A stretch of DNA of 64,000 nucleotides from Pseudomonadales bacterium (lineage in GTDB: Bacteria; Patescibacteriota; Microgenomatia; UBA1400; PJMF01). The stretch covers positions 18,905 through 82,904 of the forward strand of contig JACKFX010000002.1 of assembly GCA_020632255.1 (NCBI GenBank), read 5' to 3'. Shown here in pieces: positions 19,726 to 29,320 of this stretch. The position numbers and the translations under genes were made by a program. Under the pieces are notes generated by a model that saw nothing but the letters and a program-made list of their open reading frames with translations, had not been told where the DNA came from and ran no database searches. Position 1 is the stretch's first letter. Each line of letters opens with the position of its first letter.

Positions 19726-20590
19726 AACAATTTTTGCAACTGGAATCAATGGGCTGGTAGGCTCACATTTTCAAAACAGATATAACAGCTCATACACCAT
19801 TGTATCGCTCGATGTAGCTGATCCTAGAAACCCCGTCGATATCACTCAGCCAGAGCAAGTACTGAATGCACTTTCAAGTGCCAAAGGAGAATATGTTCTT
19901 CACTTGGCCGCATTTACTAATGTTACTGAGGCATGGAAACAGAATGGTGATACTCACGGAATTGCCTACAAAGTTAATGTAGAGGGTACCAAGAACATTA
20001 TTGCTGCCTGTCAACAACTTGGACTCCACTTAATTCACGTTTCTACAGCATATGTTTTTGATGGTGAAAACGAAGATCTCTATACCGAAGAAAACTCTGT
20101 ACATCCCATTGAGTGGTATGGACAGACAAAGGCAGAAGCTGAAGCACTGGTCATGGCCAGCACAATTGACTGGACAGTACTTCGTATTGACCAACCATTT
20201 AGAAGCGACTTCTTCCCTCGTTTGGATATTGCCCACAGAATTCTTGATGGACTCAAAAATAACACCCTGTACCAGCAGTTTGATAATCACTTTTTTGGTC
20301 CTACCTACATTGATGACTTTTCTAAGGTTGTTGACTGGGTACTCCGAACTGGTACCACTGGTCTTTTTAATGCTTCAAGTGGAGAAAAGTGGAGTGACTT
20401 TGAGTTTGCCACGGCTATTGCAAATACACACAGCATAACAACTGAAATTCAAAAAGGCGACTTAAATGAGTATCTCAAAACGTTAGACAGACCTTACCAG
20501 CGAAATACAGCTATGGATACAACCAAACTTCAAAATGCACTCGACTTTGAACTCACACCAATTAGCAAAGCTATTGCAGAAATTTCTTAA
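19718..20590 (+). CDS. rfbD: dTDP-4-dehydrorhamnose reductase
   Basis: GINGLVGSH Rossmann motif and RmlD-like length. Start set to the ATG at 19718 (MPKTIFATG), which overlaps the rfbC stop. Confidence 0.8.
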   Translation: MPKTIFATGINGLVGSHFQNRYNSSYTIVSLDVADPRNPVDITQPEQVLNALSSAKGEYVLHLAAFTNVTEAWKQNGDTHGIAYKVNVEGTKNIIAACQQLGLHLIHVSTAYVFDGENEDLYTEENSVHPIEWYGQTKAEAEALVMASTIDWTVLRIDQPFRSDFFPRLDIAHRILDGLKNNTLYQQFDNHFFGPTYIDDFSKVVDWVLRTGTTGLFNASSGEKWSDFEFATAIANTHSITTEIQKGDLNEYLKTLDRPYQRNTAMDTTKLQNALDFELTPISKAIAEIS

Positions 20591-21253
20591 TTAACTCTTG
20601 TTTGACTTTCGATGAGATTCACGCCACTGGATAATTTTTTTATGATCCCCAGAAAGTAGAACTTCAGGCACTACGAGCCCCTGGTATTCTTGTGGTCGTG
20701 TGTATTGGGGATACCCTAAGACACCTGGACTGTCGTGAGACTCCCCTACAATACTCTCATCATTCCCCAAAACTTCAGGTTGCAAACGAATAATACTGTC
20801 CGCCATAACTGCTGCTGCAGGTTCGCCACCGGATAAAACGTAGTTGCCGATGCGAAGCTCATAATCAACAAGAAGCTCAATAACTCGCTCATCAACTCCT
20901 TCATAGTGGCCGCAAATAATGATGATTACATCTTCAGTTGCTAAACTACGTGCTGTTTCTTGGGTGTACAGCTCTCCTTGAGCTGAAGTGAGGAGTACCT
21001 TAACGGTGTCCGTTTCTGATAGCCCAGCTTTCACCGCTTTGAGCGCATCAGCAATTGGCTCTACTTTCATAACCATACCTGGACCACCTCCAAAAGGACG
21101 GTCATCTGTGGTTTTCTGCGCATCTTTAGCAAAATCTCGTATGTTGATTATATCCACCTCAACTTTATTGTTCGCCACTGCTTTCCCAATCAACGATGTA
21201 GAAAAAACTGACTCAAAGTATTCCGGAAATAATGTAAGAATGACTATCTTCAT
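20591..21253 (-). CDS. trmD: tRNA (guanine37-N1)-methyltransferase
   Basis: MKIVILTLFPEYFESVF..DDRPFGGGPGMVMK and SGGEPAAAV are TrmD/SPOUT motifs. Confidence 0.9.
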   Translation of the reverse strand: MKIVILTLFPEYFESVFSTSLIGKAVANNKVEVDIINIRDFAKDAQKTTDDRPFGGGPGMVMKVEPIADALKAVKAGLSETDTVKVLLTSAQGELYTQETARSLATEDVIIIICGHYEGVDERVIELLVDYELRIGNYVLSGGEPAAAVMADSIIRLQPEVLGNDESIVGESHDSPGVLGYPQYTRPQEYQGLVVPEVLLSGDHKKIIQWRESHRKSNKS

Positions 21254-21383
21254 GATGAATCTATTTTATCATTCATACGCAACCTCGTGAGGCTGAACAT
21301 TGTGTGGGACTCCTAGATAATGCTATTATGTGAGTATGCCTCAGATGAACACAACGACTCCCAATTTGACCTTCGTCACTTTC

Positions 21384-22421
21384 ATGGCTCGAAAAGTAGT
21401 CATTTTTGGGTCGATCGGATTGGTTACCCTCCTTGTTGGGAGAATGGTGTTAACTACTGCCGTCGCGTGGTGGAAAGCCATGAACCCACCGCCGCCGCCG
21501 CCGCCAACCGTTGGCTTTGGTATTCTACCTTCACTTCAGTTTCCAGAACAGGATGATGAAGATAAACCACTTACCTACACCCTTGAGACTGCAAACGGAA
21601 CAACGCCTTATTTTTCTGATAGAGCAAAAGTTTTCTTAGTTAAACATAACGCACCAAATCTTTTGGCTGATGGAAATGCCAAACAACTTGCTTCAACCTA
21701 TGGCTATGTTTTTGAACCCAATAAACTTCCAGGCAATATTTATCGTTGGACAAAAAGCTCTCCTTTAGAGTCAACCTTAGAGTACAACATTATTTCTCAA
21801 CACCTGCGACTCACAACCGATTATCTCGCCCATCCTGAATTACTTACAAATCCAGACCTACCCACTGCATTTGATGCTGTTCAACGAGTTAAAGACTTCC
21901 TTCGCAAGGGTGATCTTCTCGGGGCAGATATGGCAACAGCTTCTGGGGAAGTTAGCTATCTTAAAGCACTTGGTGATGAAGTAGGTCCTGCAGTTTCGCC
22001 ATCTGACGCAGACTATATTCAAGTCGACCTCAATAGAACTCCAATCGACTTACAGTACCGAATGTTTACTCCCAATGGATTTGAAGGAATAGTGACTGCC
22101 ATCCTTACTGGCAGCTTGAAGGACCAAAACAGTATCCTTCACTTAGTAACGGGGTATCATCCAATTGATTACACATTCGTGCACACGTACCCACTCCGCT
22201 CCTCAAATGATGCCTGGAAACTACTCAAAGCTGGAGAAGGATACATTGCCAGTCCCGCAGAAAATGAAAACGCTGTTATCAGAGAAGTGTATCTTGGATA
22301 CTATGACACCCCCGACAAGCAAGACTACCTACAACCGATCTATGTTTTTCATAATCCTGAGGATGGTTTCCTGGGATATGTGCCAGCGCTTGATCCTGAA
22401 TATACACAGGCCGAACAATAG
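21384..22421 (+). CDS. hypothetical membrane-anchored extracytoplasmic protein with a poly-proline linker
   Basis: MARK + TM helix + PPPPPPP + a roughly 290-aa domain with no recognisable family. Start could instead be 21330. Confidence 0.45.
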   Translation: MARKVVIFGSIGLVTLLVGRMVLTTAVAWWKAMNPPPPPPPTVGFGILPSLQFPEQDDEDKPLTYTLETANGTTPYFSDRAKVFLVKHNAPNLLADGNAKQLASTYGYVFEPNKLPGNIYRWTKSSPLESTLEYNIISQHLRLTTDYLAHPELLTNPDLPTAFDAVQRVKDFLRKGDLLGADMATASGEVSYLKALGDEVGPAVSPSDADYIQVDLNRTPIDLQYRMFTPNGFEGIVTAILTGSLKDQNSILHLVTGYHPIDYTFVHTYPLRSSNDAWKLLKAGEGYIASPAENENAVIREVYLGYYDTPDKQDYLQPIYVFHNPEDGFLGYVPALDPEYTQAEQ

Positions 22422-22433
22422 AAAGGTGGTATA

Positions 22434-23876
22434 ATGGCAGCCATGAAAAATACTGTTGTTCGAACTCGTATGGCCCCTAGCCCAACTGGTGATATACATG
22501 TTGGTAGTATGGCTACTCTGCTCAAAAATTATGCATTTGCCAAAAAGCATGGTGGTTCTTTTGTACTTCGTATTGAAGATACCGATAAAGAGCGCGAAGT
22601 GGAAGGTGCTATTCAGCGAATTCAGGACATTATTCATGATTACGGCCTTGATTGGGATGAAGGCCCAGACAAAGGTGGGGAATTTGGACCATACATTCAA
22701 TCCGAACGCATGGAGATCTATTCCCAAATGGCAAAAAAACTTGTCGATGAAGATAAGGCATATTACTGCACCTGTTCTCGAGAACGCTTAGAAGAAGTTC
22801 GTGATGCTCAAAGAGCAGCCAAAGTTCCTCCAAAATATGATAAATTCTGTCGAAATCGACAAAGCGAAGTTAAAAAAGAAATAGAATCTGGATCAGAGTA
22901 CGTTATTCGTCTCAAAACACCAGAATCTGAAGATGTTACCTTCACTGACCTTATTCGGGGCAATATTACTTTTAATTCTGACTCTGTTGATGACCAAGTC
23001 CTGCTCAAATCAGATGGCTTTCCCACCTATCATCTCGCTGTCGTAGTCGATGATCATTTTATGCACATTTCTCATATCATGCGTGGCGAAGAATGGATTA
23101 GTTCTACCCCAAAACACGTCTTACTCTATCAGGCGTTTGGATGGGAAATGCCAGTTTTTGCCCACATTCCAGTGTATTTAAATCCTGATGGCAAAGGTAA
23201 GATGAGTAAGCGGAAAGGGACTGTTTCTGCACAGTCCTTCCTCGATAAGGGATATCTTCCTGAGGCACTTCTTAATTTTTTCATGATTCTTGGATGGGCT
23301 CATCCAGAAGAAAAAGAGATACTTACCTTAGATGAATATATCGAACATTTCGACCCAAAAGATGTTAGTTCTAAATCAGTTGTCTTTGATCTTAAAAAAC
23401 TCGACTGGATCAATGGAATGTACATCAGGAAACTCAACGTCACAGAACTTGAAAAAAAACTCAAACCATTCATCCCGGAATCTTTTCCTAGCGAATTAGT
23501 GACTCCAGTTCTCCCGCTCATTCATGAACGCCTAGAAAAGCTTTCTGACTTTGAAGAATTAACCAGCTTTTTTGTAGGTAGCGTTGTCATTCCATCTGAC
23601 CTCTTGCTTAAAAAAAGCTCATCTGAAGAGGTTACAACACAACTCGCAAAAACACACGAAGCACTTTCCACCCTCCCTCATTGGACACCCACAGCGATAG
23701 AGTCCACTATTAGAGAATTACAAGAAAAACATGACTGGAAAAGAAATCAGTATTTTATGATGCTTCGCATTGCTGCAACCGGCAAAAAAGCAACACCACC
23801 ACTCTTTGAAACTATGCATTTGATAGGAAAACCAGCTATACTGGAAAGACTACAAACTGCAAAAACCCTTGTGTAA
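22434..23876 (+). CDS. gltX: glutamyl-tRNA synthetase
   Basis: RMAPSPTGDIHVG (HIGH region) and KMSKRKG (KMSKS). Confidence 0.9.
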   Translation: MAAMKNTVVRTRMAPSPTGDIHVGSMATLLKNYAFAKKHGGSFVLRIEDTDKEREVEGAIQRIQDIIHDYGLDWDEGPDKGGEFGPYIQSERMEIYSQMAKKLVDEDKAYYCTCSRERLEEVRDAQRAAKVPPKYDKFCRNRQSEVKKEIESGSEYVIRLKTPESEDVTFTDLIRGNITFNSDSVDDQVLLKSDGFPTYHLAVVVDDHFMHISHIMRGEEWISSTPKHVLLYQAFGWEMPVFAHIPVYLNPDGKGKMSKRKGTVSAQSFLDKGYLPEALLNFFMILGWAHPEEKEILTLDEYIEHFDPKDVSSKSVVFDLKKLDWINGMYIRKLNVTELEKKLKPFIPESFPSELVTPVLPLIHERLEKLSDFEELTSFFVGSVVIPSDLLLKKSSSEEVTTQLAKTHEALSTLPHWTPTAIESTIRELQEKHDWKRNQYFMMLRIAATGKKATPPLFETMHLIGKPAILERLQTAKTLV

Positions 23877-23895
23877 CTCAAAGAGACAATCATAC

Positions 23896-24783
23896 ATGCC
23901 TGCCACAGCACAAACGACACTACTTCTTCTAGAGAATGAGCTTGAAAAAAAACTCTCACAAGTGCCTTTGGAACTCCACACCGTTCTAGAACTCTTCGGG
24001 GAAGATAACACCTTCTTGGGTACCAGCGTATTTTTTAACAAAGAACAACCGTTTGATGACCTCGCCTCAACACCCACATCAACGGTTACAACTCAATCCG
24101 ATGCCATCCTCTCTGCCACATCAAAAAACATATACTTAACAACACAAATAACCCAAGAAGAGCAAGAGGATATACGCGCAAAGCTGATGAATTTGGTCAT
24201 GCAACCTCCGGGACAACTAGATTCTGAATCTGAACTCTATCTTGAACAACAGCTCGGAGAATTACTTGGCTTCCAGGTTAGTAGCAACCTTGATGGATTT
24301 TCATTGCTCTATAACACCGGAAAAATTAAAAGTTTACCCCATGTAAAAACAAATCCTAACGACACGATTTCTTCTCATGAATATCCCTATGCAGGGTTAA
24401 AATCCTCTCGGGCAAGTTACGGCTGGTTTTTAGAAAATGGATCAGTCAATGAAGCATCCCAAAGAATTGAAAAATATTACTGTTCACTACCGCTCTATTA
24501 CTACCCAGAATGGTCTGAAAAATCACAACAAATGAAGAAATGGTATAAATATCGCAAGATGCTCATCGTGAACCCATTTGAAGGCATGGCAGTCGTTACG
24601 GCCGTGGCAACAATCGGGCCTGCAATTCCAACGAGATACCAATTTGGGGCATCACCTGAAGCAGTCATCGAGGGAAAACTCTGGTCATCTCAAGCACTTG
24701 GCCGGGTCTTAGTTCTCTTTATAGATGATCCGCAAAACTCAGTTCCGCTCGGACCCATTAAACTACTTAACACAACAGTATGA
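23896..24783 (+). CDS. hypothetical protein (C-terminal region weakly RlpA/DPBB-like)
   Basis: No clear family. C-terminal ...MLIVNPFEGMAVVTAVATIGPAIP..FGASPEAV.. is reminiscent of double-psi beta-barrel lytic domains. That is inference. Confidence 0.4.
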   Translation: MPATAQTTLLLLENELEKKLSQVPLELHTVLELFGEDNTFLGTSVFFNKEQPFDDLASTPTSTVTTQSDAILSATSKNIYLTTQITQEEQEDIRAKLMNLVMQPPGQLDSESELYLEQQLGELLGFQVSSNLDGFSLLYNTGKIKSLPHVKTNPNDTISSHEYPYAGLKSSRASYGWFLENGSVNEASQRIEKYYCSLPLYYYPEWSEKSQQMKKWYKYRKMLIVNPFEGMAVVTAVATIGPAIPTRYQFGASPEAVIEGKLWSSQALGRVLVLFIDDPQNSVPLGPIKLLNTTV

Positions 24784-25109
24784 ACACGAAATTACTCACA
24801 ACTACCTTCATAGGAGAGTATCTCGAAGTCCCGATTCTTGATGAACTTCTATCCGAGTACTCAACAAATGAGGCAGAAGAAATATTCGCACATATTGTTT
24901 CAATCATAGGCTTGAGTGTTCTCACTGTTGCGTTTGAATCTATTCAAGACACTCACAAACGCGCTGCATTTATCACCTCACTTCCAAAATTACTCAAACA
25001 AGAAATAAGTATTTCTGAGCTGTCGAGGTTTCAAGATGATTTACCCATGCTTATGTCAGAACATATTAGTAGATCTTTGCTTTCAATTCGTTCAAAACTT
25101 CGCCAATAA
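24780..25109 (+). CDS. hypothetical protein
   Basis: 109-aa ORF. ATGA overlap with the upstream gene. Confidence 0.35.
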   Translation: MNTKLLTTTFIGEYLEVPILDELLSEYSTNEAEEIFAHIVSIIGLSVLTVAFESIQDTHKRAAFITSLPKLLKQEISISELSRFQDDLPMLMSEHISRSLLSIRSKLRQ

Positions 25110-25163
25110 TACCTTTTTCATCTAGAAACTCACATCAAACTATATTAGAATTACAAACGTGTT

Positions 25164-25553
25164 ATGATTCAAATTAATCTCTTTATAGGTTCTAGATATC
25201 CTGTCAATCGTGTTCAATTGCGAAATGCAGCTGAAGAAGTCCTAAAAAATAACGGCGTCGACCATGCACAAGTTGATATTTCGGTGGTTGGTAAACGTAA
25301 AATCAAAGAATTAAACGAATCACGACTTAAACACGAAGGTACCACTGATGTACTTTCATTTCCAATGCACGAAAAACATCAACTGAATGACTTTCCGCTT
25401 CCAGAAGGCATTCCTCCACATCTAGGTGATATCGTAATCAGTTTCCCAGAAGCAGTAAGGACTGCAAAAAAGTTTGGCAAACTTGTAGATGACCAAATTT
25501 GTTTTTACTTACAACACGGTATGATGCATTTACTCGGATATCATCACGATTAG
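25164..25553 (+). CDS. ybeY: endoribonuclease YbeY (rRNA maturation factor)
   Basis: C-terminal HGMMHLLGYHHD zinc-binding motif. Confidence 0.85.
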   Translation: MIQINLFIGSRYPVNRVQLRNAAEEVLKNNGVDHAQVDISVVGKRKIKELNESRLKHEGTTDVLSFPMHEKHQLNDFPLPEGIPPHLGDIVISFPEAVRTAKKFGKLVDDQICFYLQHGMMHLLGYHHD

Positions 25554-25555
25554 TT

Positions 25556-27163
25556 ATGTCTTGGAATCGAACCTATCGACCACAAAAATTGTCAGAACTG
25601 CATCTTCAGTCAGTCAGAGATAACTTGCAAGCACTCTTCAACTCAGGAAAAATTCCGCAAGCATTTCTCTTCGCTGGTCCAAAAGGCACTGGAAAAACAA
25701 GTTCCTCCCGCATTATTGGTGCAATGCTGAATGAAGCAAAAAATGCAAAAAGTGTACAAATAACTTTTGTAAAAAAAGCACCAAAAACTAATTCGTATGT
25801 TGACCCAAATACATCTGATTCGTTTATTCAAAAAATCCTGAACGGCAATTCTTATGTCGTCCAAGAAATGGACGCTGCTTCCAACCGAGGTATAGATAGC
25901 ATCCGCGAGCTCAAAGAGCGGATCGCCCTCCCCCCACAAGAGGGAAACATGACTGTCTATATTCTGGATGAGGCACACATGCTAACTACAGAAGCCTTTA
26001 ACGCACTACTTAAAGTGCTTGAAGAACCACCTGATCATGTTGTTTTTATCTTGGCAACCACTGAACTTCACAAGATTCCTGATACCATCTCATCGCGCTG
26101 TCACTTAGTGCAGTTTACCAAAGCATCAGAAAAAGAAATTATTGCTGCACTAGAAAAGATCGTGTCAGCTGAAAAAATCACTATTGAGTCTGAGGCTTTA
26201 CAAATAATCGCGACCCACGCAGACGGTAGTTTTCGCGATGCGATTAAGTTACTCGAAGTACTTTCCAGTGATAATTCACTTACTGTAAAAAAAGTTCAGG
26301 CATCTTTAGCAACCACACAAACAGAGATATTTGTGGAACTCATCACTGCTATCACCTCAAAGAATGAAGAAGCGGTTGTAACACTTTTTAAGACAATTCG
26401 ACAGCAAGGTGCTCATGAAAAACACTTTCATATGCAGCTGGTTAAACTCCTGCATGAAACACTTGTTGCCCATCATGGAGTTGGTACTGCACCTTTAGAT
26501 ATTTCTGCTGCAGCAACGCTTTTTCTACTTAAAGAATTTGCTGCTAACAACCTCAGTGAACCAAGTATCATTCCCTTTTTACTGCTCGAAGTAACCTCGT
26601 TAGAGATCATTTCTCGAGCTAAACAAAAAAAGTCCAGTACAAAAGTTACCTCAAAAGCAGAACTTGCAACTCACACTCCAACAATTACGCTTCCTGTCAC
26701 ATCGGAAGTGCGCAAACGAAATAACCCTCCTACCGAAGCGCAGATTGAGTTACTCCAAAAAATTGAAAATGAAATTCCATCAAATCAAGCAGTTGAAGTA
26801 TCAGTCACAACTAATGCTCCAACTGGGGACCCTCAAAAGATTATGGACCATTGGCACGATTTCCTTGATGCAGTTTCAAAAGACAATAACACTATTGGAG
26901 CACTCCTTCGTTCAGCAAAACCACTTTCTGCATCAGACTCAACACTATCCATTGGGGTGTACTATAAGTTCCATCAAGAACAACTCTCAGACAACAAGTT
27001 TTTAATTAAAATTCAAGATGTTGTTGAAGATTTTTCGGGTGGTGTCATCAACTTCGTGTTTGAACTCGTTGCCCCTCCCAAAGTCGCAGAGTTGACTGAC
27101 CCAGGAAACCAAAAAAGTGAAGCCCACGATTTAGCTCGGCTAGCCACTGAGAGTTTGATGTAG
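25556..27163 (+). CDS. dnaX: DNA polymerase III subunit gamma/tau
   Basis: RPQKLSEL..FAGPKGTGKTSSSRI (AAA+ P-loop), ILDEAHML, SRC. Start set to the ATG at 25556, just after the ybeY stop. Confidence 0.85.
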   Translation: MSWNRTYRPQKLSELHLQSVRDNLQALFNSGKIPQAFLFAGPKGTGKTSSSRIIGAMLNEAKNAKSVQITFVKKAPKTNSYVDPNTSDSFIQKILNGNSYVVQEMDAASNRGIDSIRELKERIALPPQEGNMTVYILDEAHMLTTEAFNALLKVLEEPPDHVVFILATTELHKIPDTISSRCHLVQFTKASEKEIIAALEKIVSAEKITIESEALQIIATHADGSFRDAIKLLEVLSSDNSLTVKKVQASLATTQTEIFVELITAITSKNEEAVVTLFKTIRQQGAHEKHFHMQLVKLLHETLVAHHGVGTAPLDISAAATLFLLKEFAANNLSEPSIIPFLLLEVTSLEIISRAKQKKSSTKVTSKAELATHTPTITLPVTSEVRKRNNPPTEAQIELLQKIENEIPSNQAVEVSVTTNAPTGDPQKIMDHWHDFLDAVSKDNNTIGALLRSAKPLSASDSTLSIGVYYKFHQEQLSDNKFLIKIQDVVEDFSGGVINFVFELVAPPKVAELTDPGNQKSEAHDLARLATESLM

Positions 27164-27224
27164 TAGAATTAACCCACTCGATTAAAGAGTAAGCAGTAGT
27201 AAATACAAAGTGTAAAAGGAAACT

Positions 27225-27506
27225 ATGGCAAATCCACTTAAAGCTTTAGGTGATATTAACAAGCTCAGAAAACAAGCTAAACAAATGCAAGATGAACTCT
27301 CAGCCGAGACTATTCGGGTTGAAGAGGGTGATATTGTTGTTGAGATTACAGGTGCACAAGAAATTAAGACCTTTTCCGTTCAAGGTATCTCGAGCGATGA
27401 AGCCGTCAGAGTTCTTAACCAGGCAATTAAGAAATCTCAAGAATTAGCAGCTAAGAAACTTCAGTCTATGACTGGTGGACTCGGTGGAATGCTCGGAGGC
27501 AACTAA
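27225..27506 (+). CDS. ybaB: nucleoid-associated protein YbaB/EbfC
   Basis: 93 aa. The ...KQAKQMQDEL...GGLGGMLG tail is typical of YbaB and the gene sits directly after dnaX, as is usual. Confidence 0.85.
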   Translation: MANPLKALGDINKLRKQAKQMQDELSAETIRVEEGDIVVEITGAQEIKTFSVQGISSDEAVRVLNQAIKKSQELAAKKLQSMTGGLGGMLGGN

Positions 27507-27510
27507 CCTC

Positions 27511-28101
27511 GTGAAACTCCTGCTTGCCACTGCCAACAAAGGGAAAATAGCCGAACTTCAAACGCTTTGTGCGTCTGAGGAGATTGAAGTTGTTTCTATT
27601 AATGACCAAAATATTCCTAACTTAGATGTTGAAGAAACAGGTGAAACGTTTGCTGAAAATGCAGAGTTGAAAGCGCGCGCGTTTGCGCGCGCAACAGGGC
27701 TCCCAGTCCTTGCCGATGATTCAGGTTTGGAGGTCGATGCAATCGGTGGCAAACCGGGTGTCAAAAGCGCTCGTTGGGTTTCCGGTACTGATAATGATAG
27801 AAACAAGGCACTCCTTGAAAAATTGGCACATGAAACCAACCGCAGAGCAACCTTCAAAACAGTTGTGTGCTATTTGGAAAATCCTAATGCAGAACCCCTC
27901 TTTTTTGAAGGCACAATTTCTGGTACTATTGCAACCACACTAAGTGGCTCAGAAGGCTTTGGCTACGACCCACTCTTTATTCCGGAGGGGCACAACAAGA
28001 CTTTTGCGGAACTTGGTGTAGAGGTAAAAAATACGCTCTCACATAGGGCGCGAGCATTCAAAAAAGCAGTTGAGTACTTGCATTCTTCAGCGGCAAAATA
28101 G
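27511..28101 (+). CDS. rdgB: non-canonical purine NTP pyrophosphatase (RdgB/HAM1)
   Basis: VKLLLATANKGKIAEL... and ...GFGYDPLF..LSHRARAF. GTG start at 27511 chosen. The track start at 27475 overlaps ybaB. Confidence 0.8.
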   Translation: MKLLLATANKGKIAELQTLCASEEIEVVSINDQNIPNLDVEETGETFAENAELKARAFARATGLPVLADDSGLEVDAIGGKPGVKSARWVSGTDNDRNKALLEKLAHETNRRATFKTVVCYLENPNAEPLFFEGTISGTIATTLSGSEGFGYDPLFIPEGHNKTFAELGVEVKNTLSHRARAFKKAVEYLHSSAAK

Positions 28102-28111
28102 GAAGTAAACT

Positions 28112-29320
28112 ATGAATGGGTCATATACTCCTCCACAAGAGGTACTGGAAAATTACGCTAACGTCCTCGTCAACTTTGCTTTAGGTGGTGGAAATGGTAT
28201 TAAAAAAGGAGATGTTGTTCAACTTGCTGTACCCGACATTGCCACTCCACTTGCGCTTGAACTTCAGACTGCTGTCCTTAAAGCCAGTGGTCATCCATTA
28301 GTCCGCATTATTCCAAGCAACTTCGATAAAGACTTCTTTAATTATGCAAGTGATGAACAGTTGACGTTTTTTCCTGAAAACTACCTCAAAGAGAAAGCTA
28401 AACTCCTCGATCACACAGTAAGTGTCATTGCAGATATTAATCCCACAGAGTTAGCAGATGTTGACCCTAAGCGCATTATGCTCTCCCGTGAAGCCAAGTA
28501 TCCCTACCGCGAATGGCTCTTTGCCAAAGAGCACAGAGGTGAGTTTTCGTGGACACTTGGTCTGTGGGGAACACAAGCAAAAGCAGATATTGTCGGCCTT
28601 TCTCTTGAGGAATACTGGGAACAGATCATTCATGCCTGCTATTTGGACGCGAGAGATCCAATCGCCGAATGGAAACGCCTCAGCAACCTTCAGAAAGATA
28701 TTCAAACTAAACTCAATGCACTTGAAATCGAAACGATTCACATAGAAGGTGAAGACATTGATTTGACCATCAAGCTTGGTGCCAACCGGGCCTGGAAAAC
28801 AGGCAGTGGTTGTAACATTCCTAGTTTTGAACACTTCACATCCCCAGACTGGCGCGGCACAAATGGTTGGGTAGCATTTAACCAACCACTCTACCGTTAT
28901 GGAAATATCATTGAAGGCATTGCCCTCGAGTTTAAAGATGGACTTGTCACCAAAGCCACTGCTACCAAAGGTGAAAAGATTCTCAAAGATATGATTTCAA
29001 CCAAAAACGCTGATAAGCTTGGCGAATTTTCACTCACCGATAAACGTCTTTCTCGAATCACACATCCAATGGCTGAAACACTTTACGACGAAAACATTGG
29101 AGGACCATACGGGAACACCCACGTTGCAGTCGGCATGGCCTACAAAGACTGTTTTAAGGGCAAAGCTTCTGAGATGACTGAATCAGACTGGAAAGAAATG
29201 GGCTACAACAATTCGTCTGTTCATACAGATATTGTGAGCACTACCGATCGTACCGCCACAGCTACACTCACAGATGGATCAAAAGTTGTCATCTACAAAG
29301 ATGGTATGTTTGTGCTTTAA
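28112..29320 (+). CDS. aminopeptidase, M29 family (AmpS/PepS-like)
   Basis: About 400 aa with the thermophilic-metalloprotease (M29) layout and conserved His/Glu/Tyr-containing C-terminal blocks. Confidence 0.75.
   Translation: MNGSYTPPQEVLENYANVLVNFALGGGNGIKKGDVVQLAVPDIATPLALELQTAVLKASGHPLVRIIPSNFDKDFFNYASDEQLTFFPENYLKEKAKLLDHTVSVIADINPTELADVDPKRIMLSREAKYPYREWLFAKEHRGEFSWTLGLWGTQAKADIVGLSLEEYWEQIIHACYLDARDPIAEWKRLSNLQKDIQTKLNALEIETIHIEGEDIDLTIKLGANRAWKTGSGCNIPSFEHFTSPDWRGTNGWVAFNQPLYRYGNIIEGIALEFKDGLVTKATATKGEKILKDMISTKNADKLGEFSLTDKRLSRITHPMAETLYDENIGGPYGNTHVAVGMAYKDCFKGKASEMTESDWKEMGYNNSSVHTDIVSTTDRTATATLTDGSKVVIYKDGMFVL

Noticed and set aside
25499-25555. Extended N-termini or programmed frameshift in dnaX
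   Set aside because: The 5' extension overlaps ybeY and lacks an RBS. No A AAA AAG slippery site with a downstream hairpin was seen in the gene body, so a single tau/gamma product is assumed.
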